This document shows positions 19,147 through 31,820 of a stretch of 64,000 nt of DNA, piece after piece (position 1 is the first letter of the stretch; each line of letters starts with the position of its first letter). Origin of the DNA: Alphaproteobacteria bacterium (GTDB taxonomy: Bacteria; Pseudomonadota; Alphaproteobacteria; GCA-2731375); NCBI GenBank assembly GCA_965225945.1, contig CBDDBZ010000033.1, forward strand, positions 64,001 to 128,000, read 5' to 3'. The notes under the pieces were generated by a model. It did no database searches. It worked only from the letters and a program-made list of their open reading frames with translations, and had not been told where the DNA came from. The position numbers were made by a program, and so were the translations under genes.

Positions 19147-20577
19147 TCAAATCATCGTGCCCTCGATGATCTCCCGCGGGATCTTGCGGGGGAGATAGCG
19201 GCCGTCGTCCAGGGCGGCGTGGAATTCGCCGTTCTCCACCATGATCTTGCCCCTCAGTACCGTCAGCGCCGGCCAGGCCGTCACTTCGTGGCCTTCCCAG
19301 GGGGTGTAGTCGCTTTCGTGTAAGTTCGCTGCCCGGACGGTCCGGCTCTCCGCCGGGTCGAGCACGGTGACGTCGGCGTCCGCACCGACGGCGAGCGCTC
19401 CCTTCCTCGGATAGAGCCCCATGATCTTGGCGGCGTTGCTCGAGACCAAATCGACGAAGCGCTCCAGCGTGTAGCCGCGCTTGCTCACCATCTCGGTGTA
19501 CATGACAGCGACGCGAGGCTCGACGCCCGAATTGCCGCCGGTGGTATCGTCGACTCGGCTGCCCTGCACCTTGACCGAGAGGTTGCAGCAGACCTCGTCC
19601 GTCGCCACGGCGTGGATATTGCCCTCGCGCGCGCCGTCCCAGAGCGCGGCCTGATCCGCCTTGGACTTGAGCGAGGGATAGGTGTGATAGATCTGCCCGT
19701 TCTCGCGTTTGTAGTCCTCCTCGGTGAACAGCATGTACTGGTGCAGGGTCTCGCCGTAGACGGGCACGCCGCGCGCGCGGGCCTCGGCGATCGCCTGGAC
19801 GCCGGTCGCGGCGCTGACGTGCATCATGTAGAGCGCGGTGCCCGGGATATTCTCCGCCAGCCGCATCACCCGGCGGAACGACAGATCCTCCGAGAGCGTG
19901 TTGTGCACCTCGGAGAGGTTGTGGAAGCTCGTGCGCTGCTCCCGGAACAGCTTGTCGTACATGTGCATGACGATGTCGTTGTCCTCGGCGTGGATGACGC
20001 CGAGCCCGCCTTCGGCCGAGAGCACCTTGAAGACCTCCCAAATGTCGCCGAAGTCGACCATCCGGCCGCGCCGGCTGGGGGTGATGTCGGTGGTGAAGAT
20101 CTTCACCGTCGGATAGCCGGCCTGGATCGCCTCGCCGATCTGGCCCGGCAGTTCCGGCGGCGGGTCGCCTTGCAGCATCAGGTGATAGGAATAATCACAG
20201 TGACATTGGCCGATCCAGTCCTCGTCGCGCCGCTCGAAGGTTTGCTGCACCGTCTCGCCCGGCGCCCAGGCGGCGAAGTCGATCATCGTCGTGGTGCCGC
20301 CATGGAGCGCCGCGCGGCTGACCTGCGAGGGCGGGCCGCTCGGCGTCGGCTCGGCGCCATCGAGCGCCGGGATGTACCAGGCGCAGTGGACATGGGGGTC
20401 GATGCCGCCCGGCATGACGATTTTGCCGGTAGCATCGATCACGCGGCCGGCCGCTTCGGCCCCGAAACTCCCCGGCGCGGCGATCGCCTGAATGGTTTCG
20501 CCGGAAATGGCAACCTCGGCCGCCTGCACGCCGTTCGGCGTGACCACGCGGTCGCCCGTGATGACGAGATCGAACAT
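19147..20577 (-). CDS. Dihydropyrimidinase/hydantoinase-like amidohydrolase
   Basis: PGGIDPHVH, GGTTT, IHAED, HVS, GALAVGADAD. Confidence 0.88.
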   Translation of the reverse strand: MFDLVITGDRVVTPNGVQAAEVAISGETIQAIAAPGSFGAEAAGRVIDATGKIVMPGGIDPHVHCAWYIPALDGAEPTPSGPPSQVSRAALHGGTTTMIDFAAWAPGETVQQTFERRDEDWIGQCHCDYSYHLMLQGDPPPELPGQIGEAIQAGYPTVKIFTTDITPSRRGRMVDFGDIWEVFKVLSAEGGLGVIHAEDNDIVMHMYDKLFREQRTSFHNLSEVHNTLSEDLSFRRVMRLAENIPGTALYMMHVSAATGVQAIAEARARGVPVYGETLHQYMLFTEEDYKRENGQIYHTYPSLKSKADQAALWDGAREGNIHAVATDEVCCNLSVKVQGSRVDDTTGGNSGVEPRVAVMYTEMVSKRGYTLERFVDLVSSNAAKIMGLYPRKGALAVGADADVTVLDPAESRTVRAANLHESDYTPWEGHEVTAWPALTVLRGKIMVENGEFHAALDDGRYLPRKIPREIIEGTMI

Positions 20578-20639
20578 GGCACTTCCTCCCGGCGGCAATT
20601 GTTCCCGACCGTCGCGTGGAAGTCGAGTCGTCGGCCGGA

Positions 20640-21515
20640 TCATTCGGGCGCGGCGATCTTGGTGGCGCAGGCGAGCACCGCCGGCATCGGCAGTACCAGC
20701 TCCTCGCCGTGGCGGTAATCTTCCGCCTCCTCGGCGAGGGCCGCCAGCACCGCGGCCAGCACTTCGGGCGGCTGTGCCCTGAGAAGCGCGCCGGCGCGGA
20801 CCGTGCCGCCGGCGACGGCGTCGAGGATCGCCTCGGCGTCGGCGACGCGCCAAAGCTGCTGCACGATGGTGACGCGGGGGGCGTGAAATCCCGCCCGGCG
20901 AAACGCGCCGACCGCTTCGGAGGGTTCGGCGAAAAGGTAAGGCTCGGCGCCCAGGGCGAGGGGCGCGTCGGCCTCGCCGTGGCTCTGGATCGCCCGCTCT
21001 ACCAGGTCGAAGCCGACGACGAGCGGCGGCTTGGCCCAGACCGTGAAAGCAGCCCGCCCGCCCGGCCTGAGCACCCGATAGGCTTCACGAAGCGCGCCCT
21101 CGGGCCGGGCGAAATATTGCAGGCCGAAGTTGATCACCACGACATCGAAGCTGGAATCGAGATAGGGCAGCGCCTCGGCGTCGCCCTCGTCGAAGGCGGC
21201 AGCGGGGAAATTGCGCCCAGCGATTCTGACCTGGGCGGCGGCGAGGTCGATGCCGCGCGCCTCGGCGCCGCGCCGGGCCGCCTCGGCCGCGCCGTAGCCG
21301 GGACCGCTGGCGACGTCGAGCACGCAGGCGTCGCGATTGTCGCCGCCGGCCATGATCCCGACGCTGTCGAGCATCGCCCGAATGGCTTGGGTCGAGACCG
21401 CTTCGGGGTGACGGTGCCAGTCGTCGGCGGCGCGTTCCCAGCCAACCTGCTCGAAACGGCGAGAGGCCAGGGTGTCGAATTCGTGCACGGGGCGGGGCGC
21501 GGTGTTCGGGCTCAT
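20640..21515 (-). CDS. Class I SAM-dependent methyltransferase
   Basis: VLDVASGPG, GDAEALPY, YRVLRPGGR. Confidence 0.88.
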   Translation of the reverse strand: MSPNTAPRPVHEFDTLASRRFEQVGWERAADDWHRHPEAVSTQAIRAMLDSVGIMAGGDNRDACVLDVASGPGYGAAEAARRGAEARGIDLAAAQVRIAGRNFPAAAFDEGDAEALPYLDSSFDVVVINFGLQYFARPEGALREAYRVLRPGGRAAFTVWAKPPLVVGFDLVERAIQSHGEADAPLALGAEPYLFAEPSEAVGAFRRAGFHAPRVTIVQQLWRVADAEAILDAVAGGTVRAGALLRAQPPEVLAAVLAALAEEAEDYRHGEELVLPMPAVLACATKIAAPE

Positions 21516-21830
21516 CGGTGTTTCCTCCCAAGGCAAGACAATCGTCAGGGCGCCAGCGCTCGGCGCGCTTGCGGGAAGGAGAAATCGCGTTGTCGCGGGG
21601 CAAAAAATCAAAGCCGCCGCGGCGCTGCCGGGCGGCGATCAACTCGATCAGGCCACCTCTTTAGCCGCATTTCTAAAGCGCCCGCAAGCTGGTCGATCAA
21701 ATCGGCGCTAGCCACCCTCAGTAGTCCGCCTCGGGTCCCGGCGCAAGTGGAAATTCAGCGCGTCGGCGAAAAACTGGTGCGTGAGGGGGAGCGCGGTCAG
21801 AATGGGGGCCGAAGCATCGGGGCGGGGGCG

Positions 21831-22599
21831 ATGGCGATGGCGACGCGGACGATCTGGGGGATTGGCACCAGCCGGACGATCCGGGCCCATTGGGCGGCGG
21901 CCGAAGTCGGGCTCGAATACGCCGTCGAGGCGATCCGGCCCCGGACCGGTGAGACCAAGACCGCGCGCTTCACCGCCGTCAACCCGCGCCAGAAGATCCC
22001 GGTGCTGGTCGATGGCGATCTGACGCTTTCCGAAAGCCTCGCCATCGTCAACTACTTGGGCGAGAACCATGGCGATCCCGCGAGCGGCCTCGTGCCCCGG
22101 GAGGGGCCTGAGCGCGCGGCCTACGACGAGTGGTGCTTTTTCGCGGCGATGGAGCTGGATGCCACGAGCCTCTACGTGATACGTCGCCATTCCGGCCTGT
22201 CCGAAATCTATGGCCGGGCACCGGTCGCGGTGGACGTGGCGCGGGCCTATTTCGAGCGCCAGATCGCCTCGGTGGTCGCGCACCTGGGCGACGAGCGGCG
22301 CTATCTCATGGGCGATCGCTTCACCGGGGCCGACATCGTCATGACCTCGGTGCTCGGCAACGCCGAGAGCTATGAGTTCGCCCTGGACGAGACGCTCCTG
22401 GCTTATGGCGAACGGACCCGGGCTTATGGCGAACGGACCCGGGCTTATGGCGAACGGACCCGGGCTTATGGCGAACGGACCCGGGCTTATGGCGAACGGA
22501 CCTATGGCGAACGGACCTTATGGCGAACGGACCCGGGCGCGCCCCGCCTTCCAGGCCGCGTGCGCCATCAACAACCCGCCCGATCTCGGGCCCGTATAG
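21831..22599 (+). CDS. Glutathione S-transferase, frameshifted by a tandem repeat near the 3' end
   Basis: NPRQKIPVLVDG, SESLAI, GDRFTGADI; natural end YGERTRARPAFQAA continues in another frame to the stop at 22599. Confidence 0.82.
22400..22537 (+). repeat. 21-bp tandem repeat GGCTTATGGCGAACGGACCCG (4 full + 3 partial)
   Basis: Seen directly; no spacers. Confidence 0.95.
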
Positions 22600-22611
22600 A
22601 GGAGAAGCTTC

Positions 22612-23013
22612 ATGGCCCGCGCCGACCAGGTGTTTCATCTCCGCGCGCACGAGAAGACGCTCGGCTTCGCCTTCGCCGTCAGAGGCGAGACGATGCTGCA
22701 CATTTCGGGGGCCTGCGCGCTCGACGCCGACGGCGAGGCGGCGGCGCCGGGCGACCTGGGGGCGCAAATGTGGATCGTTTACGCCGACATCGCGAAGGCC
22801 TTGGCGGCGCACGGGCTCGGCTTCGCCGAGGTGGTGCGCGAGCGGATCTACCTCACCGACATCCGGGCCTTCCGCACCGCGCTCCCGATACGAGCCGAGA
22901 TCTACCGCGCCGCCGCGCCGCCGGCGGCCACCTGGGTCGAGGTCGCTGGCCTGATGCGTCCCGAATTCATGATCGAGATCGAGGTGACGGCGGAATTCCC
23001 GCGCGAGGAATAG
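22612..23013 (+). CDS. RidA/YjgF family protein
   Basis: LHISG, YLTDI, PAATWVEVAGL...IEIEVTA. Confidence 0.85.
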   Translation: MARADQVFHLRAHEKTLGFAFAVRGETMLHISGACALDADGEAAAPGDLGAQMWIVYADIAKALAAHGLGFAEVVRERIYLTDIRAFRTALPIRAEIYRAAAPPAATWVEVAGLMRPEFMIEIEVTAEFPREE

Positions 23014-23057
23014 GCGAGCTCGGCGCCGAGCCCGAGGCCATGTTTGGAAACGGAAAA

Positions 23058-24059
23058 TCACCCGCTCGGGCGCGCCTCCAGCGCCGCGACCTCGTCCGCC
23101 AGCATGTCGAAGAGGAGGGCGATCCAATGGCCCGGCACGCCCTGGGCGATGAAGACGAGGCGGCTCGAGCGGTCCTCGTCGGGCCAGGCGTCGAGCCAGG
23201 CGAGGGGATGGAGGACGTGCTGCACGCCGTGCACGATCGCCGGCTGCTCCGGGTTCTCGCGGATGTTCAAGATCCCCTTGATGCGTAAAAGATCGCGCCC
23301 GCAATTGTCGCTCAGGGTCTCCAGGAAGAGACTCAGCAGCGCCGCCGGGATCGGCTCGTCTCGGCGCAGGCAAAAACTCGATATGTCGCCGCCGTGGTGG
23401 GCATGACCGTGGGCCTCGGCCGCGAGCCAGCGGGCGAGGTCGCGGTTCGGCCGGGCCGGAGCCTCGAACAGGCGCGAGGCCGCGATATCGCCGCTCACCG
23501 CCTCCAACACGGCCGCCGCCGGATTGAGCGCCCCGAGCCGCGCGGCCAAGTCCGGCAACGCCGCCGGCGCCAGATCTCCCTTGGTCACCACCAACGAATC
23601 GGCGAGCGCCACCTGTCGCACGCTCTCCTCGTGGCATCGAAGCGTCCGGGCACCGTTGAGCGCGTCCACCGTGGCCACGACGGCGGCGATCTCGACCTGG
23701 CCGGAGAGTGCGGCGTCGGTCATCAGCGCGTGCAGGATCGGCGCCGGCTCGGCGAGGCCCGTGGTCTCCACCACCACGCGGCGAAAGGGGGCGATCTCGC
23801 CGGCGCGGCGCCGCGCCAGCAGATCGGCGAGCGTGCGCACCAGATCGCCCCGCACCTCACAGCAGAGGCAGCCGCCGGGAAGTGCCACGATCTCCTCCTC
23901 GCTGGCCTCCAGCAGGTGGTGGTCGAGGGCGATCTCGCCGAATTCGTTCACGATCACCGCCGTGTCGCGAAAGTCGGGGTCGCGCAGCAGCGCGGCCAGC
24001 AGCGTCGTCTTGCCACTGCCGAGAAAGCCGGTGATCACATGAACCGGTATCGCCGTCAT
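23058..24059 (-). CDS. CobW/COG0523 metallochaperone GTPase
   Basis: TGFLGSGKTT, NEFGE, GCLCC, ETTGLA, His-rich linker, LLRIKG. Confidence 0.92.
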   Translation of the reverse strand: MTAIPVHVITGFLGSGKTTLLAALLRDPDFRDTAVIVNEFGEIALDHHLLEASEEEIVALPGGCLCCEVRGDLVRTLADLLARRRAGEIAPFRRVVVETTGLAEPAPILHALMTDAALSGQVEIAAVVATVDALNGARTLRCHEESVRQVALADSLVVTKGDLAPAALPDLAARLGALNPAAAVLEAVSGDIAASRLFEAPARPNRDLARWLAAEAHGHAHHGGDISSFCLRRDEPIPAALLSLFLETLSDNCGRDLLRIKGILNIRENPEQPAIVHGVQHVLHPLAWLDAWPDEDRSSRLVFIAQGVPGHWIALLFDMLADEVAALEARPSG

Positions 24060-24134
24060 GGGCCTATCCATTGCTTCCTCGCGCGTGAAAGCATAGTCAC
24101 CGACCGCTCGAGGGCGCCAGAGCGGACAGGCAGG

Positions 24135-24404
24135 TCAGTTCCGGCCCCGATGTGCCTCGTAGTAGGAGCGCAGAACGGCGTTCATTCGCGCCTGATAGCC
24201 TCGGCCACGGCGCTTGAACCATTTCACCATGTCGGTGTCGAACTTGGCCGTGATCTGGGTCTTTTTTCGGTCTTCCGGCATGACCACACGGGCGCTCGCC
24301 CAAAATCGCTCGTCCAGTTCCGGAATATCCGAGGTATCGATGGCGCTGTCGGGCAGCGCCGCCAACTCTTCAGCCGTCAATTCTCTTTCGTATTTCCTTG
24401 TCAT
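24135..24404 (-). CDS. brnA: BrnA antitoxin
   Basis: IDTSDIPEL..FW, WFKRRGRGYQARMNAVLR. Confidence 0.88.
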   Translation of the reverse strand: MTRKYERELTAEELAALPDSAIDTSDIPELDERFWASARVVMPEDRKKTQITAKFDTDMVKWFKRRGRGYQARMNAVLRSYYEAHRGRN

Positions 24405-24680
24405 ATATCCTCCGTTCGGAGCGTCTGGCCGGCCGCGCCGAGATAATCCGCGTCACGCCATCCCGGTCCGTGTGTACCACGACAAGGATCAGAACGGCCT
24501 CGATCATGCCGAGGCTGATCGTACGTTGCTCGCCGTAGTCGGCTCGCTCATCGGCCCAATCAATCGTGAGACCGTCGAAAATCCGAGCCGCTCGCGCGAA
24601 ACCGATACCGTGCTTCGCGATGTTGCTTCGGTTCTTGTCTTCATCCCATTCGAATTCTCTTCATCCCATTCGAATTCCAT
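24370..24680 (-). pseudogene. brnT: BrnT toxin, frameshifted by a 20-bp tandem duplication
   Basis: Removing one copy of TCTTCATCCCATTCGAATTC (24638-24657 / 24658-24677) restores [21 protein letters not shown]...DYGEQR...RIISARPA, 96 aa. Confidence 0.88.
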
Positions 24681-24704
24681 GCGCACTCCCGAGATCGCCT
24701 GTCC

Positions 24705-24733
24705 AATATAATTATTTTTACAATTATTTGCAA
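24705..24733 (-). promoter_or_regulatory. Sigma70-type promoter of brnTA
   Basis: TTGCAA-17 nt-TATATT on the minus strand in an AT-rich patch. Confidence 0.65.
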
Positions 24734-24799
24734 GAGATCTTCGATACTCCCCCGAAGCCTCGGAAGCGTGCTAAGACCCGGGACAGCGGGGAGGAGCGC

Positions 24800-26332
<1,533 letters not shown>

Positions 26333-26343
26333 GGCCGGCGCCC

Positions 26344-28329
26344 ATGTTTGCCAAGATCCTGATCGCCAACCGGGGCGAGATCGCCTGCCGGATCATCAAG
26401 ACGGCCCGGCGCATGGGGCTCGCCACGGTGGCGGTCTATTCCGAGGCGGACCGGGGCGCATTGCATGTCCGGATGGCGGACGAGGCGATTGCGATCGGCC
26501 CGGCGCCGGCGGCCGAGAGCTACCTTGGAATCGAGAGAATCGTCGAGGCCTGCCGGGAGACGAGCGCGGAGGCGGTGCACCCGGGCTTCGGATTTCTGGC
26601 GGAAAACGCCGCCTTCGCCGCCGCGCTCGCCGCCGCCGGCATTACCTTCATCGGCCCCTCCGCCGGCGCAATCGCGGCGATGGGCGACAAGCTCGAAGCG
26701 AAGCGCCTGGCCGCGGCGGCCGGCCTCAACGTCGTGCCGGGCCACGGCGAAGCGATCGAGGACGCGGACGAAGCGGTCGAAATCGCCGAGAAGATCGGTC
26801 TCCCCGTGATGCTCAAACCCGCGGCCGGCGGCGGTGGCAAGGGGATGCGGATCGCCCGCGATTCGGCCGCCGTGCGCGCGGGGCTGGTCTCGGCCCAGCG
26901 CGAGGCCCGCGCCAGCTTCGGCGACGAGCGGGTCTTCCTCGAGAAATACATCGAGCAGCCGCGCCACATCGAAATCCAGGTGCTGGGCGACGGCCGGGGA
27001 AACTGCATCCACCTGGGGGAGCGCGAGTGCTCCATCCAGCGGCGCCATCAGAAGGTCATCGAGGAGGCGCCGAGCCCCTTCCTCGACGAGGCGACGCGGG
27101 CCCGGATGGGCGGGCAGGCGGTGGCTCTCGCGCGCGCCGTCGACTACGCCTCGGCGGGGACGGTCGAATTTATCGTCGATTCCGACAAAAACTTCTATTT
27201 CCTCGAGATGAATACGCGACTTCAGGTCGAGCATCCGGTGACGGAAATGGTTCTCGGGCTCGATCTGGTGGAAGTGATGATAAGGCTCGCGGCCGGCGAG
27301 CCGCTGCCACTGACGCAGGACGAGGTTCGCGTCGAGGGTTGCGCCATCGAGGCCCGGATCTATGCCGAGGACCCGGCCAAGGGTTTCCTCCCCTCGGTCG
27401 GTCGCCTGGTCCGCTATCGCCCGCCCGAGGAGAGCGGAAACGTGCGCGTCGATAGCGGGGTCGTCGAGGGCTCCGAGATCACCATGTTCTACGATCCCAT
27501 GATCGCCAAGCTGGTGACGCACGGCACCGACCGGGCAGCGGCGATTGAGCGCATGGCCGGCGCGCTCGACAGCTATCGGATCACCGGGATTCGCCACAAC
27601 GTCGATTTTCTCGCCGCGATCGTGGCCAGCCCTCGATTCCGCGAGGGCCGCTTGAGCACCGACTTCATCGCCGAGAGCTTCGGCGAGAACTTCGAGCCGG
27701 CGGTGCCCGAGGGCATGGCCTTGGATAGCCTGATCGCCGCCACCGCGATCATCGCCGAGCGGCGGCGCGCGCGGGACCGCACTATCGCCGGACCCGGCCC
27801 CTGGCCCCACGACGGCGAGGCGGGCCGCGTCGTGGTGCTCGAGGGGACGCCTCATGCGGTGGAGATCACCGCCGGCGAGGGGGGCGCACGCGTGGTGTTG
27901 GGGGGCCGAGAGATCGCCGTCCAGAGCGAGTGGCGCCCCGGCGACGAGATCTTCCGTGGCACCCTCGACGGACGCGAGATCGCCGTCGGCGTCGCCCTCG
28001 ACGGCAGCCGCCTCGTGCTGTCGCACGCCGGCCACGTGGTCAGGGCGCGCCTGATGAGCCGGCGCGCGGACGAGCTCGCGGCCCTGATGCCGGTGAAGGC
28101 GCCAGCGGATCCTTCCAACCTGCTGCTCTCGCCGATGGCGGGGCTGGTGGTGGCGATCCACGTGACGCCCGGCGAACAGGTGAAGGCGGGCCAGCCGCTG
28201 GCGGTGGTCGAGGCCATGAAGATGGAGAACGTGCTGATCGCCGAGCGGGACGGCGAGATCGCCCTGGTCCGGGTCGCCGCCGGCGCGAGCCTGAGCGCCG
28301 AGGAAATCATCCTCGAGTTCGTCGCCTGA
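26344..28329 (+). CDS. pccA: Propionyl-CoA carboxylase alpha subunit (biotin carboxylase + BCCP)
   Basis: [39 protein letters not shown]. Confidence 0.93.
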   Translation: MFAKILIANRGEIACRIIKTARRMGLATVAVYSEADRGALHVRMADEAIAIGPAPAAESYLGIERIVEACRETSAEAVHPGFGFLAENAAFAAALAAAGITFIGPSAGAIAAMGDKLEAKRLAAAAGLNVVPGHGEAIEDADEAVEIAEKIGLPVMLKPAAGGGGKGMRIARDSAAVRAGLVSAQREARASFGDERVFLEKYIEQPRHIEIQVLGDGRGNCIHLGERECSIQRRHQKVIEEAPSPFLDEATRARMGGQAVALARAVDYASAGTVEFIVDSDKNFYFLEMNTRLQVEHPVTEMVLGLDLVEVMIRLAAGEPLPLTQDEVRVEGCAIEARIYAEDPAKGFLPSVGRLVRYRPPEESGNVRVDSGVVEGSEITMFYDPMIAKLVTHGTDRAAAIERMAGALDSYRITGIRHNVDFLAAIVASPRFREGRLSTDFIAESFGENFEPAVPEGMALDSLIAATAIIAERRRARDRTIAGPGPWPHDGEAGRVVVLEGTPHAVEITAGEGGARVVLGGREIAVQSEWRPGDEIFRGTLDGREIAVGVALDGSRLVLSHAGHVVRARLMSRRADELAALMPVKAPADPSNLLLSPMAGLVVAIHVTPGEQVKAGQPLAVVEAMKMENVLIAERDGEIALVRVAAGASLSAEEIILEFVA

Positions 28330-28336
28330 GAGCCGC

Positions 28337-28618
28337 ATGGCCGAGGACGCCGTCCGCCTGGTGATCCGCGGCCGCGTGCAGGGCGTCTGGTTTCGCGCCT
28401 GGACGATGCGGACCGCCCGCGCGCTCGGCCTCGACGGCTGGGTGCGCAACCGGAACGACGGCACCGTCGAGGTGGTGGCGGCCGGCGCACCCGCCGCGCT
28501 GGAGGCCCTGATCGCCGCCTGTCGCCAGGGACCACCGGCGGCCCGCGTCGACGATGTCGAACGCCATGAGACGCACTGGAGCGGGGGTGGCGGATTCCAC
28601 TTGGCCCCGGACGAATAG
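28337..28618 (+). CDS. acyP: Acylphosphatase
   Basis: [19 protein letters not shown]. Confidence 0.92.
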   Translation: MAEDAVRLVIRGRVQGVWFRAWTMRTARALGLDGWVRNRNDGTVEVVAAGAPAALEALIAACRQGPPAARVDDVERHETHWSGGGGFHLAPDE

Positions 28619-28627
28619 GCGCGGGGC

Positions 28628-29269
28628 CTATTCGGCGCTGGGCAAGTTGGCGGCAAAGGTGGCCATGAGTTCGCCGTCGACCTCGGCGAGGGAGACCGGG
28701 ATGCCGAGCGCCACCAGCGAGGTCACGCCAAATTCGGCGATGCCGCAGGGCACGATTCCCTCGTAGTGTGAGAGATCCGGATCGACGTTGAGCGAAATCC
28801 CGTGGTAGCTGACCCAGTGGCGGAGCCGGACGCCGACGGCGGCGATCTTCTCTTCCCGTCCGCCGCCGCGATCGATCCACACGCCGACCCGACCCGGCCG
28901 CCGCTCGCCCCGCACGTGGAAGCGCCACAGCGTGTCGATCACCCACCCTTCGAGTGCCGCGACGTAGGCGCGGAGGTCGCGGCCGTGGGGACGCAAGTCG
29001 CGCATCACGTAGGCCACCCGCTGGCCCGGGCCATGATAGGTGTACTGGCCGCCCCGGCCGCTTTGGTACACGGGCAAGCGCGCGTCCAGCAGATCCTCGG
29101 GCCGCGCGCTGGTGCCGGCGGTGTAGAGCGGGGGATGCTCCAGCAGCCAGACGAGATCCGGCGCCGCGCCCTGGCGAATCGCCGCGACGCGCGACTCCAT
29201 CGCCGCCACCGCCTGGTCGTAGCCGACGGCTGTGTCGCTGATCCGCCATTCAGGCGTGCGGCTCGTCAT
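28628..29269 (-). CDS. lipB: Lipoyl(octanoyl) transferase
   Basis: [33 protein letters not shown]. Confidence 0.95.
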   Translation of the reverse strand: MTSRTPEWRISDTAVGYDQAVAAMESRVAAIRQGAAPDLVWLLEHPPLYTAGTSARPEDLLDARLPVYQSGRGGQYTYHGPGQRVAYVMRDLRPHGRDLRAYVAALEGWVIDTLWRFHVRGERRPGRVGVWIDRGGGREEKIAAVGVRLRHWVSYHGISLNVDPDLSHYEGIVPCGIAEFGVTSLVALGIPVSLAEVDGELMATFAANLPSAE

Positions 29270-29436
29270 CTCTCGACCACCTCCAGCCAGCATTGCCGCT
29301 CCCCTCGCGCGAGCCTAACCGACTTTGCGGCGCGCGCGATCGTGATTTCGCGCTGGACAGCTTCACATTTACGCTTCCCTAACCATGACGGCGCCATAAG
29401 GAACCCGACCTGGAGCAACACCGGAGCGGAAGAGTC

Positions 29437-29688
29437 GTGCCCCGATCGAACGCCGTGGAAACCGTCGATCTGGAGATATCCGTCGTCATCGGGACGGCGG
29501 TGATGCCGATCCAACAATTGTTGAGAATGGGCCGGGGCGCGCTGATCGAGCTCGACGCGCAAGTCGACGATTATGCCTGGATCTATGCTAATAATCGCTT
29601 GATCGCTCGGGGCGAGATCGTCGTCAACGGCGAAACGGTGTCGGTCCAGATCAAGGAAACCCTGGGCGGAAGCGACGGCGAGAGGTGA
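29437..29688 (+). CDS. FliM/FliN C-terminal (SpoA) domain protein
   Basis: SVVIG..MPIQQLLRMGRGALIELD, LIARGEIVV. Confidence 0.8.
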   Translation: MPRSNAVETVDLEISVVIGTAVMPIQQLLRMGRGALIELDAQVDDYAWIYANNRLIARGEIVVNGETVSVQIKETLGGSDGER

Positions 29689-29733
29689 GCCGCCCGACCG
29701 GTCCGACGCCACGGCGAGAGACGGGGGAGCCGC

Positions 29734-31022
29734 ATGGACCACGACGAAACCTTCGAGTCACACTTGGCGGAGTTACGCCGCGAAGGCCGCTATCGTCATT
29801 TCGCCGACCTGACGCGCCATGCCGGCGAGTTTCCCCGCGCCCTCCATCACGGGCCCGGCGGCGCGGACGAGGTGATCGTGTGGTGCTCCAACGACTATTT
29901 GGCGATGGGGCAGCATCCCGACGTGCTGGCGGCGATGCGGGCGGCGTTGGAGCGCTCGGGCGCCGGCTCCGGCGGCACCCGCAACATCTCCGGCACGACG
30001 CATGATCACGTCCTGCTGGAGGCGGAATTGGCGGACCTCCATGGGAAGCCGGCGGCGCTGCTCTTCACCTCCGGCTATGTCGCCAACGAGGCGACGCTCT
30101 CCACCCTCCAGAGCCTGCTTCCCGGCGCCATCGTATTTTCGGACGCGCTGAACCACGCCTCGATGATCGCCGGCATTCGCCACGGTCCCGGCGAGACGCG
30201 GATCTGGCGCCACAACGACGTCGAGCACCTCGACCGTCTGCTCTCGGAGACCCCGCCCGAGACGCCCCGCATCGTCGCCTTCGAAAGCGTCTATTCGATG
30301 GACGGCGACATCGCGCCCTTGGGCGACATCATCGATATCGCGGAGCGTCACGGCGCGCTCAGCTATCTCGACGAAGTGCATGCCGAGGGCCTTTACGGCG
30401 CCAGGGGCGGCGGCATCGCGGAGCGTGACGGCGTGATGGACCGCATCGACGTGATCGAGGGGACCTTGGCCAAGGCCTTCGGCGTGATGGGCGGCTATAT
30501 CGCCGCCTCGCGCCCGTTGGTCGACGCGGTCAGGAGTTTCGCCCCCGGCTTGGACCGCATCGACGTGATCGAGGGGACCTTGGCCAAGGCCTTCGGCGTG
30601 ATGGGCGGCTATATCGCCGCCTCGCGCCCATCTTCACCACTTCGCTGGCGCCGGTGCTGGTGGCCGGCGCGCTCGCCAGCGTGCGATACCTGAAGCGGAC
30701 CGACGAACTGCGCGAGCGCCATCAGGAACGGGCGGCGCGGCTCAAGGCCATGCTGGCCGAGGCCGGACTGCCGGTGATGCCCTCCGAGAGCCATATCGTG
30801 CCGGTGCCGGTGGGCGATCCGGTCCGCTGCAAGGGTATTTCGGACGCACTGATGGCGGAGCATCGGATCTACGTGCAGCCGATCAATTACCCGACGGTGC
30901 CGCGCGGCACGGAACGGCTGCGGTTCACGCCTTCACCGCACCACGACGACGCCATGATGGGGGATCTGGCGCGGGCGCTCGCGGCCGTCTGGCGGCGGGA
31001 CGACCCGCGCCGCGCCGCCTGA
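29734..31022 (+). CDS. hemA: 5-aminolevulinate synthase, frameshifted by an internal duplication
   Basis: [39 protein letters not shown]; 30437-30515 re-copied at 30551-30629. Confidence 0.92.
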
Positions 31023-31288
31023 TGTCAGGCGCGATCTCGCGAGGGCGGCGCCGGCGCCGGGGCGACCGCGCGCTTTCGCGCCGCGATATCCTGATCGAGT
31101 TTCATCGTCTGGGGGCCTTCGTCCGCGTCGTCGCCATCGATCAGGAGAGCGGTACCGAGGTCGTCATCGTCGGGCCCGCCGGCGCCAGCCCCGAACGCCT
31201 CTCGCGATGCGCGGCGGACAAGCTCCGCTATGTGATGGGCAGGCGCGCGAAGAAATCGCCGATCAAGCGGCCCGGCATCGAAGTCTGA
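31022..31288 (+). CDS. Small conserved alphaproteobacterial hypothetical protein
   Basis: IEFHRLGAFVRVVAID..SGTEVVIVGP..KLRYV pattern. Confidence 0.6.
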   Translation: MSGAISRGRRRRRGDRALSRRDILIEFHRLGAFVRVVAIDQESGTEVVIVGPAGASPERLSRCAADKLRYVMGRRAKKSPIKRPGIEV

Positions 31289-31298
31289 AAATGGGGGC

Positions 31299-31319
31299 CT
31301 AGTGGATAGAATCCACTAG
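31299..31319. repeat. CTAG-bounded palindrome CTAGTGGATAGAATCCACTAG
   Basis: Near-identical inverted copy at 33589-33610. Confidence 0.8.
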
Positions 31320-31325
31320 CCGCCG

Positions 31326-31748
31326 CTATTGGCCGCGGCGGCGGCCGAGGCCGATGTTCTTGGCGAAATGCGAGCGTTGGCGTGAGTAGTTGGGCGCGAC
31401 CATGGGGTAGTCGGGCGCCAGACCCCATTTCACGCGGTATTCCTCCGGCGAGAGGCTGAACTTGGTCCGAAGGTAGCGTTTCAGCATCTTCAGCTTCTTG
31501 CCGTCCTCGAGGCAGATCAAATAATCGTCTTGCACCGACTTGCGGATCGACACGGCGGGTTTCGGCGAATTCGCGAGGGTCCGCGGCCCCTCGCCGGTCC
31601 CAACCTCCAGCAGGGCGCGATGGACGGTCTGGATCAAGTCCGGGATCTCGGCCGCGGGGAGCGTGTTGTAGCGCAAATAGGCGGCGACGATTTCCGCCAC
31701 CATCGGCAGCACGTCCTCCCGATCCTCGCGCTCCAAAACGTCATTCAT
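31326..31748 (-). CDS. mucR: MucR/Ros family regulator
   Basis: AEIVAAY, PAVSIRKSV, ICLEDGKKLKMLKRYL, YPMVAPNYS. Confidence 0.94.
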   Translation of the reverse strand: MNDVLEREDREDVLPMVAEIVAAYLRYNTLPAAEIPDLIQTVHRALLEVGTGEGPRTLANSPKPAVSIRKSVQDDYLICLEDGKKLKMLKRYLRTKFSLSPEEYRVKWGLAPDYPMVAPNYSRQRSHFAKNIGLGRRRGQ

Positions 31749-31820
31749 TGGGGGAAATTAACCGTTATTTGAAGGAGCACTGCATTTTTCAAGGTCTATA
31801 CTTGGATGTCAAGAATATAT

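Noticed and set aside
22400-22537. Possible CRISPR array
   Set aside because: Head-to-tail repeats with no spacers, inside a GST gene; no cas genes in the window.
20616-23288. 890-aa ORF, and other long overlapping ORFs such as 26014-28656, 49004-50788 and 8836-10461
   Set aside because: High-GC shadow frames or read-through created by the repeat frameshift; only the embedded GST and holC portions have recognisable motifs.
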